Assembly: GCA_963714015.1 (NCBI GenBank)
Contig: OY970223.1
Coordinates: 1,248,001 to 1,312,000, forward strand
Direction of reading: 5' to 3'
Length of the DNA stretch: 64,000 nucleotides
From: Vulcanimicrobiota bacterium
GTDB lineage: Bacteria > Vulcanimicrobiota > Vulcanimicrobiia > Vulcanimicrobiales > Vulcanimicrobiaceae
The notes beneath the pieces were generated by a model that had not been told where the DNA came from, ran no database searches, and worked only from the letters and a program-made list of their open reading frames with translations. Shown here in pieces: positions 18,812 to 29,582 of the stretch (positions within the stretch are counted from its first letter, which is position 1; the number at the start of each line of letters is the position of its first letter). Both the position numbers and the translations under genes were made by a program.

Positions 18812-19785
18812 AAGTTTACGTCGTCGGCGCCGGTGCGGTGGGCACGTATTTGGGCGACGTGCTGCAGTCGATCAACGTGGAGGTGACGTACGCTCCGCGC
18901 GACATCGAGCGCGTTTCACCGATCGACGCCGACGTGGCGATCGTGGCGGTCAAGGCCTATGACACCGAAGGCGCGATCGAGACGCTGCGCAAGGGAATCG
19001 CATATCCCGAAAAGTGCGTCTTCGTGACGCCGCAGAACGGCGTGGGCAACGAAGAGAAGATCGCGGCGGCGTTCGGAGCGGACAGCGTGGTCGCCGCGGC
19101 GCTCACCACGCCGGTCGACCGGGGTCGTAACCACGGTCACGGGATACCCGCCAAAGAGGGCGGCCTGGCGTTCGCGCCGATGGGGCAGAACGCGTATAAC
19201 TGGCTTACCGCGACGTTTGCGAGCAGCGGCATGAAGGTTCAGGTCGTCAACGATTGGCGCGCGCTCAAGTGGTCGAAGCTCGCGCTGAACGTCGTGGCAA
19301 ACGCCAGCTGCGCGATCCTCAACGTGCTTCCCAACCGTCTCGTCCACTTTGAAGAGATCTTCACGCTCGAGATTCGCGCGATCCGAGAAGTGCGCGCGGT
19401 GATGCAGGCAATGAACGTCACGCCGATCGATCTGCCGCGCTATCCCGTGCGGGCGCTTCAGGGCATCGCAACGCTGCCCAGCCCGATTGCGCGCCGTCTG
19501 CTGGCAGGCCGCGTAGCCGGTGCTCGAGGTACCAAGCCGCCCTCACTGCTGACCGACCTGCGCGCCGGAAAGGCGCAGACCGAGGTAGACTTTCTGAACG
19601 GGGCCGTCGCATGCGCCGGCCGCGACAATAACGTTCCCGTCCCCGTGAATGCCGTCTATTCCCGCGTTTTGGACGACATCGCCCACATGCCGCAATTGTG
19701 GGCGAAATATCGCGAGCGGCCTGATACGCTGGCGATGGAAGTGGAAGCCGAGGTCAAGCGCACTCGCGCGCTTGCCCGCAGCTGA
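18808..19785 (+). CDS. Ketopantoate reductase family protein
   Basis: [41 protein letters not shown]. Confidence 0.85.
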   Translation: MKVYVVGAGAVGTYLGDVLQSINVEVTYAPRDIERVSPIDADVAIVAVKAYDTEGAIETLRKGIAYPEKCVFVTPQNGVGNEEKIAAAFGADSVVAAALTTPVDRGRNHGHGIPAKEGGLAFAPMGQNAYNWLTATFASSGMKVQVVNDWRALKWSKLALNVVANASCAILNVLPNRLVHFEEIFTLEIRAIREVRAVMQAMNVTPIDLPRYPVRALQGIATLPSPIARRLLAGRVAGARGTKPPSLLTDLRAGKAQTEVDFLNGAVACAGRDNNVPVPVNAVYSRVLDDIAHMPQLWAKYRERPDTLAMEVEAEVKRTRALARS

Positions 19786-19804
19786 TTTCAAAGCGAGGTA
19801 AAGC

Positions 19805-20665
19805 GTGCGGCACCCGGACGTAAATGAGACGATCGAAGGCTGGTGGATTCTTCACCGCATGTTCGCGGTCGACCGGCGCCGTTGGAGCGAGCTTCCGGAG
19901 CAAGCACAGGCGGAAATCACTCGTGAAGCGGCGGACGCGCTTCACCAGATGAAAGAAGCCTGCCGACGGCGACGCCGGTTTGGTACAGCTGCTCGGACAC
20001 AAAGCGGATCTGATGCTCACGCACTACGCGCAGAGTTACGAGGGCTTGGCGCGCGCGCAGATGCAATTTGATCGCTGCGAACTCAACGAGTACCTGGAGC
20101 CGCGGGACTCCTACGTCTCCGTGCTGGAGTTAGGCCTCTACGAGGCAACCGGCAAGATCCACGCCGCACTTCAGGATCGCGATTTGAAACGTTTCTCCCC
20201 CGAATGGAATGCGGCGTTCGATGAACTGCTGCAAGAGCAGGCGACGCATCCCCGCAACGCGGCTAGACTAACGGCGCGAATACCCCAGCGCCGCTACGTT
20301 TGCTTCTATCCTATGGATAAGAAACGCGACGGATCCGACAACTGGTACACGCTTCCGTTCGAAGACCGGGCGCGTCTGATGCTGGACCACGGCAAGATCG
20401 GACGATCGTTTCACGGTCTTGTGACTCAAGTGATCAGCGGATCGATCGGCTACGACGATTATGAGTGGGGCGTCGATCTTTACGCGGACGACCCGCTCGT
20501 CTTCAAGAAGCTGATTTACGAGATGCGCTTCGACGAGGCAAGCGCGCGATACGCCGCATTCGGTCCCTTTTTCACCGGCGTGCAGTTCTCAATCGCGCAC
20601 TCTCGACGTATCTCTCGGGACGCAGTGTACCGGCCCTTGTGGAACCGGAGGCCGCGACCGTCTGA
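19805..20665 (+). CDS. hemQ: Coproheme decarboxylase (chlorite dismutase family), frameshifts near 19955 and 20600
   Basis: ETIEGWWILH, GHKADLM, CFYPMDKKR..NWYTL, HGKIGR, GSIGYDDYEWGV, EMRFDEASARY. Confidence 0.88.
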
Positions 20666-20676
20666 GCAACTGCGAG

Positions 20677-21141
20677 ATGCGTGAAGCGCTCGACGAGGAC
20701 GTCTCGTATATCGTCGCTCTCTTCAAACGCGCGCACGTGTCCGAATTCATGAACGTCCCAAGCCGCGATATGGTGCTGGCGTCAATCGAACATCCGAGCG
20801 CCGAGAACTACATCATCGAAAGTCATGGCGAGCCTTTCGGAAACTTCGTGCTGCGCAACCAAGGCTTCTTGATCGAGTTCTTGGCATTGGCGGTGTCGCA
20901 GCCGCAGGCGGGCGCGGGAACGTTCGCATTGCGCTGGGGCGCCCGCCGGGCATTCGAGGATCTCGGAGCGCATCGCGTCTACTTGGAAGTGCGCGAAGAT
21001 AACTCCGTTACGCGCCGTTTGGTGGAACGGCTGGGCTGGGTTCAAGAAGCGCTCTTTCGCGACGGATTTCAAGACGAGCGCACCGGCGAATTTCGAAACC
21101 TTTGCGGGTACGGCATGCTGCGCGCCGAGTACCGAGCCTAG
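20677..21141 (+). CDS. GNAT acetyltransferase (RimJ/RimL-like)
   Basis: AFEDLGAHRVYLEV..N..ERLGW..E..R, YGMLRAEY. Confidence 0.8.
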   Translation: MREALDEDVSYIVALFKRAHVSEFMNVPSRDMVLASIEHPSAENYIIESHGEPFGNFVLRNQGFLIEFLALAVSQPQAGAGTFALRWGARRAFEDLGAHRVYLEVREDNSVTRRLVERLGWVQEALFRDGFQDERTGEFRNLCGYGMLRAEYRA

Positions 21142-21145
21142 GAAA

Positions 21146-21624
21146 GTGAAGTCTGTACTTTCTGCGTCATGGAATCGCCGTCGACGCCCAGGATTTTGCA
21201 GGCAGCGACTTCGACCGGCCGCTGACCAAGGAAGGCCGAGAGAAGATGGCCTGCGAGGCCGGAGCGATCGCAGTCTCTGAATCTCGGCTTGGACGCAATT
21301 ATGACAAGCCCGCTGCTGCGCGCTCGTCAAACGGCAGAATCGGTGGCCGGCGAACTCGGCATGGAGAAAGATCTGCGCATCGACGATCGTTTAGATCCCG
21401 GCTTCGAGGGCCGCCGTTTGTTGGAAATGCTGCAAGAGCATGCCGGCTGTGACGCACTGATGATCGTCGGCCACGAACCTAGTATGAGTACGGTTCTGAG
21501 TGGACTGATTGGCGGCGGGAGCATCGATCTGAAGAAGGGCGGTCTTGCGTGCGTGGAGCTGACGGATCGTTCGCTCGCGCGCGGGACGCTGCAATGGCTG
21601 GTCTCGCCGAAGATCCTGATCTGA
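21146..21624 (+). CDS. sixA: SixA-like phosphohistidine phosphatase (frameshifts near 21152 and 21274)
   Basis: LYFLRHGIA..DFDRPLTKEG in one frame; TSPLLRARQTAE, VGHEP, LKKGG in the next. Confidence 0.8.
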
Positions 21625-21647
21625 CCGTACCGGTGGACGGCTCGCTT

Positions 21648-22058
21648 TTAAGTTCGTGCGGCTTCGAGGCTCGGCCGGTAGGTTCCGAAAGACCACAGAT
21701 TTCCTTCGACATCCCGGCATGAATAGTCGCGCGAACCATACTCCTGATCCGTAAGCGGGCGGACGATCTCGGCTCCCGCCGCCGTTGCTCGCGCAAAGTG
21801 CGCGTCCGCATCCGGAACGCAGACGTAGATCGCAGCCGTTACGCCCCCGGCCTGCGCCGGGCTCATAATCTCTAGGCTGGTTCCTTCCCGGATGCTTCCG
21901 AGCATCAGTACGGAATCGCCGTAGCGCAGCTCCGCATGTTCGACGTACTGCGCGGTTTCATAGACCGCCAGCTTCTCGAAGCCGAATGCCTCGCAAAGCC
22001 ACCTAATTGCTTTTTTGGCGTCTTTGTACCTGAGCGCCGGAAACATCGTTTGAGCCAT
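21648..22058 (-). CDS. VOC/glyoxalase family protein
   Basis: PALRYKDA, EAFGFE, HAEL, DAHFARA, DQEYGSRDY..D.EGNLWSFGTY. Confidence 0.9.
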   Translation of the reverse strand: MAQTMFPALRYKDAKKAIRWLCEAFGFEKLAVYETAQYVEHAELRYGDSVLMLGSIREGTSLEIMSPAQAGGVTAAIYVCVPDADAHFARATAAGAEIVRPLTDQEYGSRDYSCRDVEGNLWSFGTYRPSLEAART

Positions 22059-22212
22059 GTAGTAATCTCCTTTGGCACAGTTCCACGACTCCGCGCAAAG
22101 CATCGCCCGGAGCCGGCGACCAGCGGCCGACCGTCCAGGAATCGCGCATTCTCTCAACGCGCTCAATGCTGAACATTGCATCCGAAGAGTTCGCCGCCGC
22201 AGGCGCAAATGA

Positions 22213-24792
22213 CTACTCGTAGCGCAGCGCGCCGACCGGATCCATTCGCGCTGCTCGGGACGCCGGTATGATTGCTGCCGCGACCGTGCAAGCGACCAGC
22301 GCGAGCACGACGAGCGCGAACGTCAACGGATCGAGGACGGAGGTTTCGAAAAGAATTCCCGACAGCGCACGCGTGAACAATGCTGCTAGGACGATGCCGA
22401 AGGCGATCCCTAAGGCGCTCTGCCGCAATGCCCCGCCAATCACATCGCGCAATAGATCAGCGGATTGAGCTCCGATCGCTCGGCGAATCCCCAGTTCGTG
22501 CGTTCGCCGTTCGACACCATAAGCGCATACGGCGTAGACCCCGGAGATTGCTAGGATCAATGCGAGCAAAGCGAAGAATCCGAACAGCTCGACAAGTATC
22601 TGCGCCTTGAACGCGTCTCGTGCGAAGAGTTCGCGGTACGAGGAAATCATGGGCGGCGCAAGCTCAGGATCTACCCGCGCGAAGGCTTTGTCGATGGCTT
22701 TTGATGACGGTGAAAGACCGTCCGAGAGCCGCAGCAAGAAGCCTCCGGCAAACGGTGCTTGCGCAAGCGGCAAGTAAGCCCGGGCCTGGGCTGGACCGCT
22801 GAACGAATCACGTGTGTCCGCGACGACGCCGACAATAGCATTTCCACGTTGCGGCGCATCTCCGTCTTCCGGCATGACGCGTCGTCCGAGCACGTCCGTC
22901 GTTCCGAAGAAAGCGCGAGCGAACGTTGCGCTCACGATCATTACCGGCCGGTCAAAGGCGCCGTCCGAATCGAGAAAGTACCGGCCGCGGACCAGCGGAA
23001 TTCGCAGCGTCTGGAAAAATTGCGGTTCTACGAACGATATAGGCGCGTCTCGCAGCTTCTCAACCCCTGCAGGGGTTGCAAAGCCGGTGGAATTCACCTG
23101 TCCGGAAAACGGAGCATCCGTCGATGCGGCCACTTTTACAACGCCTGGGAGCAACGCCAAACGATTTTCGAGGCGACGGACGCCGGTTTTAGGCAGGCCG
23201 TCCGTTTGTACCCAGTACGTGTTCTGCCCATCGAATCCGACGTCGACGTGCGTCAGCGCTAAGAAGCTTCGGAACAGAAGGCCGGCGGGAATTGACAGTG
23301 CCACTGCCAGGGTGATTTCGGCCACGAGGAGCCCGGCTCGGATCCTTCCGGTGAAGGCGGCGCTCGTGGATCTGCTAGAGGAATGCAGCGACGTGGCGGC
23401 GTTGCGGCGACGCGCGAGCGCCGGGAGCGTTCCGGTGAAGAACGCCACGACGACCACCAGAGCTGCGGAGTACGAGAACATTCGTCCGTCGATCGCGACG
23501 TCTTGCCAACGCGGCAAATGCGAGGCGCCCATTTGAGCAAAGAAAGAAAGCGTGAGCTGTCCCAGCATCAAACCGCAGGCACAGCCGAGGGCCGTCAGCA
23601 GCCCCGACTCAACAGTGGCTTGAACGATAAGGCGCGACGATGATGCGCCCAGTGCGGAGCGGATCGCAAATTCTCCTTGACGAGCTGCGGTGCGGCCGAG
23701 CTGCAGATTTGCGACGTTCACGCAAGCAACGAGCAGCACGATGCCGGCTGCTGCGTACAATAGCCACAGCAGCAGTCTTAGCGGCGCCGTAATGCGCTCG
23801 AGCAGTGGGGTTACTACAGTGCCGACAAACCCACCCTCGTGATTGCCGGGCCGCAGCCGTGTGCTTCGCTTTAGTATGCGATCGAGGTCTCTGCGCGATT
23901 GCGCCGGATTAACATTCTGCTTCAAACGCGCGATCACGGAGTAGTTGAAGCTTCCCGGAGCAAGAGCCTCGCGATCGTGAGTTGGAATCGGGAGCCATAC
24001 TTCCGTCGGAATCATTCCCCAGTTGTCCGGTGCATCGGTGTTGGGTACGATGCCGACCACGCGATAACGGCCGTCCACACTATGGGGACCACGAGCTCCG
24101 TAATCGATGCTGTTCAACAGAATGCTTCGTTTGAGTATGCCGGGATCGGCGCCGAACGACTCGCGCCAGAGCCCTTCCGAAATGACGGCGCGGTTCGTCC
24201 CCATATCGGCCGCCGTAAACGTACGGCCTAACTCGGCATGGATGCTCAGCAAAGAAAAGAAGTTCGGATCGATCTGCCGTCCTACCAACTCCCGAGGCGT
24301 TCCTGCTCCGATAATCGTGTACCCCGTGGAGCGCGATAGGGATACGGAATCAAGGGTGACGTTGTCGCGCTGAATATCCCGAAAATCCGGATAGGGCAAC
24401 TGAGGCGATGGACCGTGGCGAAGGGTTTCGTTGATAAAAACCAATCGGTCCGCGTCCGGATAGGGCAGCGGTCGCAACAGGACGTTCGCCACGATGCTCG
24501 CAATCGCGACGTTGACGCCCACCGCGACTGCGATCGTTCCAACGGCGACGATGGTGAAGAGCGGCGTTTTGGCAAAAGATTTCACTGCAAAGCGCAGGTC
24601 GCGGACGATCGCTTCACCATGCAATTGCATGCCGGCACCGAAAACGTTCCAACACGTGCGCAAAAGCGGCAGCGGTTTATGCCGCGAAGCATCGAGGTCG
24701 TGTTCCAGCTCCTCGCCGAAGTGTTCGCGAAACTCGCGCGGACAAAACATCAGCGCGATGTGCAGCAGCCACGGCGGCTTGATGCCGATCAC
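22213..24792 (-). CDS. Duplicated MacB/FtsX-type ABC permease (ADOP-like)
   Basis: DLRFAV..P.FT, LLRPLPY, LVACVNVANLQL, EFAIRSALGA, RRTHELGIRRAIGA, DPVGALRYE; GTGA overlap with PadR stop. Confidence 0.9.
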   Translation of the reverse strand: MIGIKPPWLLHIALMFCPREFREHFGEELEHDLDASRHKPLPLLRTCWNVFGAGMQLHGEAIVRDLRFAVKSFAKTPLFTIVAVGTIAVAVGVNVAIASIVANVLLRPLPYPDADRLVFINETLRHGPSPQLPYPDFRDIQRDNVTLDSVSLSRSTGYTIIGAGTPRELVGRQIDPNFFSLLSIHAELGRTFTAADMGTNRAVISEGLWRESFGADPGILKRSILLNSIDYGARGPHSVDGRYRVVGIVPNTDAPDNWGMIPTEVWLPIPTHDREALAPGSFNYSVIARLKQNVNPAQSRRDLDRILKRSTRLRPGNHEGGFVGTVVTPLLERITAPLRLLLWLLYAAAGIVLLVACVNVANLQLGRTAARQGEFAIRSALGASSSRLIVQATVESGLLTALGCACGLMLGQLTLSFFAQMGASHLPRWQDVAIDGRMFSYSAALVVVVAFFTGTLPALARRRNAATSLHSSSRSTSAAFTGRIRAGLLVAEITLAVALSIPAGLLFRSFLALTHVDVGFDGQNTYWVQTDGLPKTGVRRLENRLALLPGVVKVAASTDAPFSGQVNSTGFATPAGVEKLRDAPISFVEPQFFQTLRIPLVRGRYFLDSDGAFDRPVMIVSATFARAFFGTTDVLGRRVMPEDGDAPQRGNAIVGVVADTRDSFSGPAQARAYLPLAQAPFAGGFLLRLSDGLSPSSKAIDKAFARVDPELAPPMISSYRELFARDAFKAQILVELFGFFALLALILAISGVYAVCAYGVERRTHELGIRRAIGAQSADLLRDVIGGALRQSALGIAFGIVLAALFTRALSGILFETSVLDPLTFALVVLALVACTVAAAIIPASRAARMDPVGALRYE

Positions 24793-25145
24793 GCTTTTCC
24801 CGTGGACGGTAAAAACCGGCGTGAACGCGCCAACCGTACCAGCGACTCCAAGCGTGCCGATTCGGCTTCGGCAATGCGACGGCCGCGAGGCGTCAGACGG
24901 TAGAACCGCCGGCGTTCGTCGCCGTCGCGGCCTTCGACCTCGACAATCCATCCGTCGGCGAGCATCTGTTTGAGCTTCTGATACAGCGTTCCGGCAAGGA
25001 TTTCAACGGCGCCGCGGGTCGAGGCTTCGACTTCCTTGATGATGCTGTAGCCGTGCCGCTCGCCGTCGCCCAGCGCAAGCATGATGTGAAATGCCGGAGT
25101 GCTTAGTGGAAGCACCGATTCAATGTGAGTCTGCCGTTTGGCCAT
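24789..25145 (-). CDS. PadR-family transcriptional regulator
   Basis: FHIMLAL..RHGYSIIKEV..AGTLY..RRRFYRLTPRG. Confidence 0.9.
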   Translation of the reverse strand: MAKRQTHIESVLPLSTPAFHIMLALGDGERHGYSIIKEVEASTRGAVEILAGTLYQKLKQMLADGWIVEVEGRDGDERRRFYRLTPRGRRIAEAESARLESLVRLARSRRFLPSTGKA

Positions 25146-25163
25146 AGCACCTTCGTAATTCAC

Positions 25164-25188
25164 AACTATAGTTCATGTAACTATAGTG
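25164..25188. promoter_or_regulatory. Tandem palindromic operator, probably for PadR
   Basis: AACTATAGTT (perfect palindrome) and AACTATAGTG, 15-bp period, between divergent genes. Confidence 0.6.
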
Positions 25189-25250
25189 CTCCCGAATACG
25201 AAATGTCAATCGACGGCATGAATGGGGAGTTTACGAAAGAAGAGCGCGCC

Positions 25251-25793
25251 ATGGACCCGATGGATTGGCTGCACCGCGTCGGCGCGTGGCGCGAGTTCTA
25301 CATTTTCACGGGCACCGCGGCCTCAACGCTCATGGGCCTGATGTTCGTCGTCATGTCCCTTGCGCAACGTTCGCTCATGACCGAACAAGGACGCGGCGCC
25401 ATCGGCGCATTCTTTACGCCCATCGTCATATTCTTCGCAACCGAAATGGCGGTGTCCATGCTGCTGCTCATTCCGGCGATTTCGCCGCTGTGGCTGGGCG
25501 TGGGTCTTGGCATCGCCGGTCTCTTTGGGACGGCGTACATGCTTATGAGAGGCGCCCACGCGCGTTGGAAACGACGCTGGGATCTGGACGTCGACGACTG
25601 GGTTTGGTATTTTGCGCTTCCCGCCCTGAGTTATCTCGTACTCATCGCGGGTGCGATCTTGGTGTTGAACTCTTCGTCGTTCGGGCTTTACGGCGCGGCG
25701 CTCGTTATGGGCGCGTTGCTGTTAATCGGCGTGCGAAATGCTTGGGACTTGGTGGTCTTTACCTTGCTGCGCCACGAATCCGAAGGGTCGTAA
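25251..25793 (+). CDS. Hypothetical multi-pass membrane protein
   Basis: WREFYIFTGTAASTLMGLMFV, about 5 TM segments, IGVRNAWDLV. Confidence 0.75.
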   Translation: MDPMDWLHRVGAWREFYIFTGTAASTLMGLMFVVMSLAQRSLMTEQGRGAIGAFFTPIVIFFATEMAVSMLLLIPAISPLWLGVGLGIAGLFGTAYMLMRGAHARWKRRWDLDVDDWVWYFALPALSYLVLIAGAILVLNSSSFGLYGAALVMGALLLIGVRNAWDLVVFTLLRHESEGS

Positions 25794-25815
25794 TCCGGCT
25801 ACCTTGTCCGGCGCT

Positions 25816-26181
25816 CTAGAGAAAACTGTGTGCATCTTCCTTCGCGGAGCACCCGCCGACTCGAATCACGCGAGCCCCGGGTTGTTCGGGGAGCTGCCCA
25901 GCGGGCATGATAGTGAAAAGCTCGTCCAGGCCGGTCACTGAGAAAATCCGCCGAACGCTGAAGCTGGCGCCGAAGAGGGGAATCGGATGGCGGAATCCCG
26001 CGTCGAGGCGCATGCGGCGCAGTCTCACGAGCGCATTCAAGAGCGTAGAATCCAGGTATGCCAGCCGGGCCAAACACACTTGAATGTCGGGCAATCGGGC
26101 AGCCGCCTCCACGGCATCGGAAATCTCCCGGCTTTGGAAGACGTCGATCTCACCCGCAAATTCTACGAGGGTCATCTCCAT
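25816..26181 (-). CDS. STAS-domain anti-sigma factor antagonist
   Basis: GEIDV, LAYLDST, VRRIFSVTGLDELF. Confidence 0.85.
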   Translation of the reverse strand: MEMTLVEFAGEIDVFQSREISDAVEAAARLPDIQVCLARLAYLDSTLLNALVRLRRMRLDAGFRHPIPLFGASFSVRRIFSVTGLDELFTIMPAGQLPEQPGARVIRVGGCSAKEDAHSFL

Positions 26182-26351
26182 GGGACACGACTATAACACT
26201 GTTGTTACGTAGCATCAAGACGCCGAAAAAGTAAACGTTTGCGGCTTTCTTTTTTGCCGGTTCGGCGACTCTGCAGCAGCGGTACAGGTGAGTAGTCGGC
26301 GTCAACGAACGGCTTTCGATCCTTTCTGCCTAGATTCAGGAGGATATCGTC

Positions 26352-26627
26352 GTGCCGAGATTTATGGTCGAACGAACCTTTCCCGATGGACTGCACGTTC
26401 CGTCGAACCCCACCGGCGCGGACGCCTGCCTCACCGTCGTCGGCAAGAACGCCGGCGAGGGGGTCACATGGGTACATTCTTACGTTTCCAACGACAAGCG
26501 CAAGACGTACTGCATCTACGACGGTCCCACCGAGGGCGCGATCCGCGAGGCGGCGACGCTCAACGGTTTACCAATCGACACCGTCACGCAGGTCTCTGTT
26601 CTCGATCCGTACTTTTATCACGAATAG
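26352..26627 (+). CDS. DUF4242-family protein
   Basis: MPRFMVERTFP, VTWVHSYVS..KTYCIYDGP..AIR..NGLPID; AGGAGG RBS. Confidence 0.85.
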   Translation: MPRFMVERTFPDGLHVPSNPTGADACLTVVGKNAGEGVTWVHSYVSNDKRKTYCIYDGPTEGAIREAATLNGLPIDTVTQVSVLDPYFYHE

Positions 26628-26681
26628 CGCCCCTCCTCGACGGCACAAGGGGGCTGTTTTGCCGGGTCGTATTGTTGAAGT

Positions 26682-28256
26682 ATGCCATACGCCGATCCGG
26701 CGCGTTCCGCTTATTGCGCTGCGCGGCATCTGCTGCGTCACGCGGGAAACGCGCTCGAGCTCCGGCGCAATCCACTCGTTTGCGCGTCCGTAGACCGGGA
26801 GCTTAGCGATCCGCGTCTCGTAAGCGTCGTCCAAGCCAAGATCGATCGCGCTTTCGCGGCGATGGATCAAAATCCGGCTGCGTTCAGTGTGCGCCGGCGG
26901 TCTCGACATGCCGCCATTCTGCTCCGGTGCGACGTATTCCGGGAGCCGCGCCGAACGGTCGCCCGGGCGCTGACTCTTTCGCTGCCGCAGTTCGAACGCG
27001 AACGCCGAGCGGCGATGACGCGCTTTCTCGAATCTTTTCAGCGGTCCGGAACCGGCGGCGAAGCCATGGTCGACTCCGTACGCACCGGCTTGGCGCGGAC
27101 CGTGCGCGATCGCGCCGTGCGACTTGCGGACTCGGGCCATCGTCAATCCGCATTGACGCTGCTCGACGACGTCGTACGCAATGCCGGCCCGATGCAAAAG
27201 GTGCAGTCGCTCATCCGGGTTGCTGAAATCGAAGCGGGCGATCACGCGGTGCATCGCGCCAAGGCGGCGCTGAGGTCGGCAGCAACGGTGCTGCAAGGAG
27301 ATTCGCTCACTTCGGAGGAGTCCGGCCGTCTTTGGCTCGCGCATGAAGCGGCCGCACTACGTGTTTGCGCCGTGGAGCATGGGCCGCAAGCGGCTGCGCA
27401 GTCGATTCTCGAACGCCGCAGCTTGCCGCCCAGTGCCGAGAGCATCGCACTGCTCGTATCGCAAGCAGAAGTCCTCGACGCCTGCGGCATGGCGAAGGCT
27501 TGCCGTCCTTTCGTTTCCCAAGCGCTCGAACTCGTCCCCGCCGTGCCTGAAATCGAGCCGGCGACCGGCGTAGATCTTGCGGTTCTGAAAAGTCAGCTGA
27601 ACTTTTGGCTCGATCCATCGGCCAACGGGCGGGCCGGTCTCGACGAAGCGATCTCGATTGCGCGAGGGGCCGGGTATGCCGGACGAGCTGTATTCATGGA
27701 ACTCTCGGCTTTGGGCGGCCGATGGGCTGCAACGAATGCTCCGGAGACGCGGCGCAAGTATCGCGCCCTTTTGGAGCACATCAGGCGTTACGGGGAGATG
27801 CCGCGCGAGACGCGGTTCGTCGCATACTGGGATGCCGCGGACGTCGAGTGCGGTCTAGGCGATCCTTGGCGTGCCGCTGAGGCCGCGCGAAACGCTCTGG
27901 CTCTTGCTCCGAACCCGCAGCGAGCATTGCTGATGAAAGCGCTCCTGGCCAGGGCCTACGCTCGCGGGCGGCGGCTCGCCATGAGCGAGCGAATTGCTCT
28001 GGAGGTTATCGAGGACCGGGATGCCGGGCGATCGGGAATGGCCGTTTTCTCGGCGAAACGCACCCTCGCGTACCTGGCTTCACTCGGACACCGCCCGAGG
28101 GAGGCTTGGCAGCACCTAAGCGACGCCCGCGAACTGGCACCGCGCTATGGAACGGCGCGGGCAGCTGCCGACCTCGAGCAAACGCTCACAAAATTCAGGC
28201 GGCAAACGGCGCCTTCCGTTTCCATCGTTTTTCGATCGCCGGAACCGTCGGTCTAG
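26682..28256 (+). CDS. Hypothetical protein, N-terminal HTH-like module and TPR-like helical C-terminus
   Basis: LRRNPL, ILLRCD..TVARALTLSLPQFERERR helix-turn-helix-like; Ala/Leu-rich repeated helices. Confidence 0.6.
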   Translation: MPYADPARSAYCAARHLLRHAGNALELRRNPLVCASVDRELSDPRLVSVVQAKIDRAFAAMDQNPAAFSVRRRSRHAAILLRCDVFREPRRTVARALTLSLPQFERERRAAMTRFLESFQRSGTGGEAMVDSVRTGLARTVRDRAVRLADSGHRQSALTLLDDVVRNAGPMQKVQSLIRVAEIEAGDHAVHRAKAALRSAATVLQGDSLTSEESGRLWLAHEAAALRVCAVEHGPQAAAQSILERRSLPPSAESIALLVSQAEVLDACGMAKACRPFVSQALELVPAVPEIEPATGVDLAVLKSQLNFWLDPSANGRAGLDEAISIARGAGYAGRAVFMELSALGGRWAATNAPETRRKYRALLEHIRRYGEMPRETRFVAYWDAADVECGLGDPWRAAEAARNALALAPNPQRALLMKALLARAYARGRRLAMSERIALEVIEDRDAGRSGMAVFSAKRTLAYLASLGHRPREAWQHLSDARELAPRYGTARAAADLEQTLTKFRRQTAPSVSIVFRSPEPSV

Positions 28257-28320
28257 GGGTCGCCCCGGCCCAGCGATAAGGGCATGATATTCCGCCATTT
28301 CCTCCCTAGGAGAACCGACC

Positions 28321-29567
28321 GTGCGCAACCGTCCCCTGCCCTCGAGCGTCGCCGTTAGTCTGACGCTCGTCGCGCTTCTCGCAGGCTGTTCGCAGCTGCA
28401 AGGCTCGCGCGACTTGCCCCCTTCCGGCTCTATGCAATCGAACGCGACTCGCGCCCAGAACACTGCGGCGCTGCTCAAAGAACCGAAGTCACCATTCGAT
28501 CTGCTCGAATTGCAACTTGCCGGCAAGCTGCCGGCGCCGGTACCGCCGCAAACGCTGCGTTACAGTCTGCAGCAGTGGAAGCTCGACCGGCCGAAGCTGG
28601 CATTCCACGCGGGAGCCAAGGTCGGGCTTTGGGCGTCCGATACCAACTTCAATTATCTCTTGGGTCAGGACGCCACGGGACTGAATACGGTCACCGCCAT
28701 CGACGCGTCAGCTGAATCAGCTGCTTTGCGCCGATAGCGCTCAAGGTAGATCATCAACAGAACCTGTGGGTCGGCTGCGAACTCATTTCGCAAAGCGGCA
28801 ACAACGGCGTCGTACAGGAATACAGCAGCGCTGGCACTTTTGAAAAGCAGTTTCTGCCGGCTTGCCCCACCCCGGTGAAGCAGTGCGGATCCTTCAACGG
28901 CTACGGGTACGACAGCGGGGTCGACTCGCAAGGCGACGTGTTCGCTTCCCTCAACTTGTACAGCATTGAAATATGCAACCCCAGTTGCGTGAGCAGTCTA
29001 GGCGCCGGTTTCGAATGGTGGCCGAAAGGCAAACAGACCGCCGTGCCCAAGTTGATCTCCGCGGGCACGAGTTGCAGCCCGATCTGCGGCGTCGGTTTCA
29101 TGGACGTCGACACCAGCGGAAATCTCTGGTTCACTTTCAGCGGATACGATAAAAACAACAACTACGGATTCGGCCTGGGTAAGATCGTGAATCCGACGAC
29201 GAAGCCTTCTCTGAGGATAGTCGAACCTATCGGCACGTACGGGTTCTTCGGCGGCGTATACGTCAGCGGCGGCGGCAGCACCCTGAACGTGGTCGATCAG
29301 AAATCGCGCACGATCCTGCAGTACCACCTGCCGCTGCTTCAAAAAGGCGCGCCGTTCAACGTGCTCGGCCCGATTCCGCAAAACGCGTTCGGCGTAGGCG
29401 ATCCGATATCGGGCGGATTCAATAAGCTGGACGAAAAGATCGCTGTTGGGGATTCCGGCGGCTGGCTCGATCTTGGATCCGTTTCGACGAACAAATGGTC
29501 CGGCGTTGCCAGTCCGAATTTTTATAGCGGCATCGAAGGCGCGGCTTATACGCCATCGGATAAGTAA
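28321..29567 (+). CDS. Cys-rich lipoprotein, probable beta-propeller (frameshift near 28715)
   Basis: Lipobox LAGC; KVDHQQNLWV, VDSQGDVF, VDTSGNLWF blade-like repeats; reading frame open from 28716 to 29567. Confidence 0.7.
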
Positions 29568-29582
29568 CGCAGTCCGGCATCG

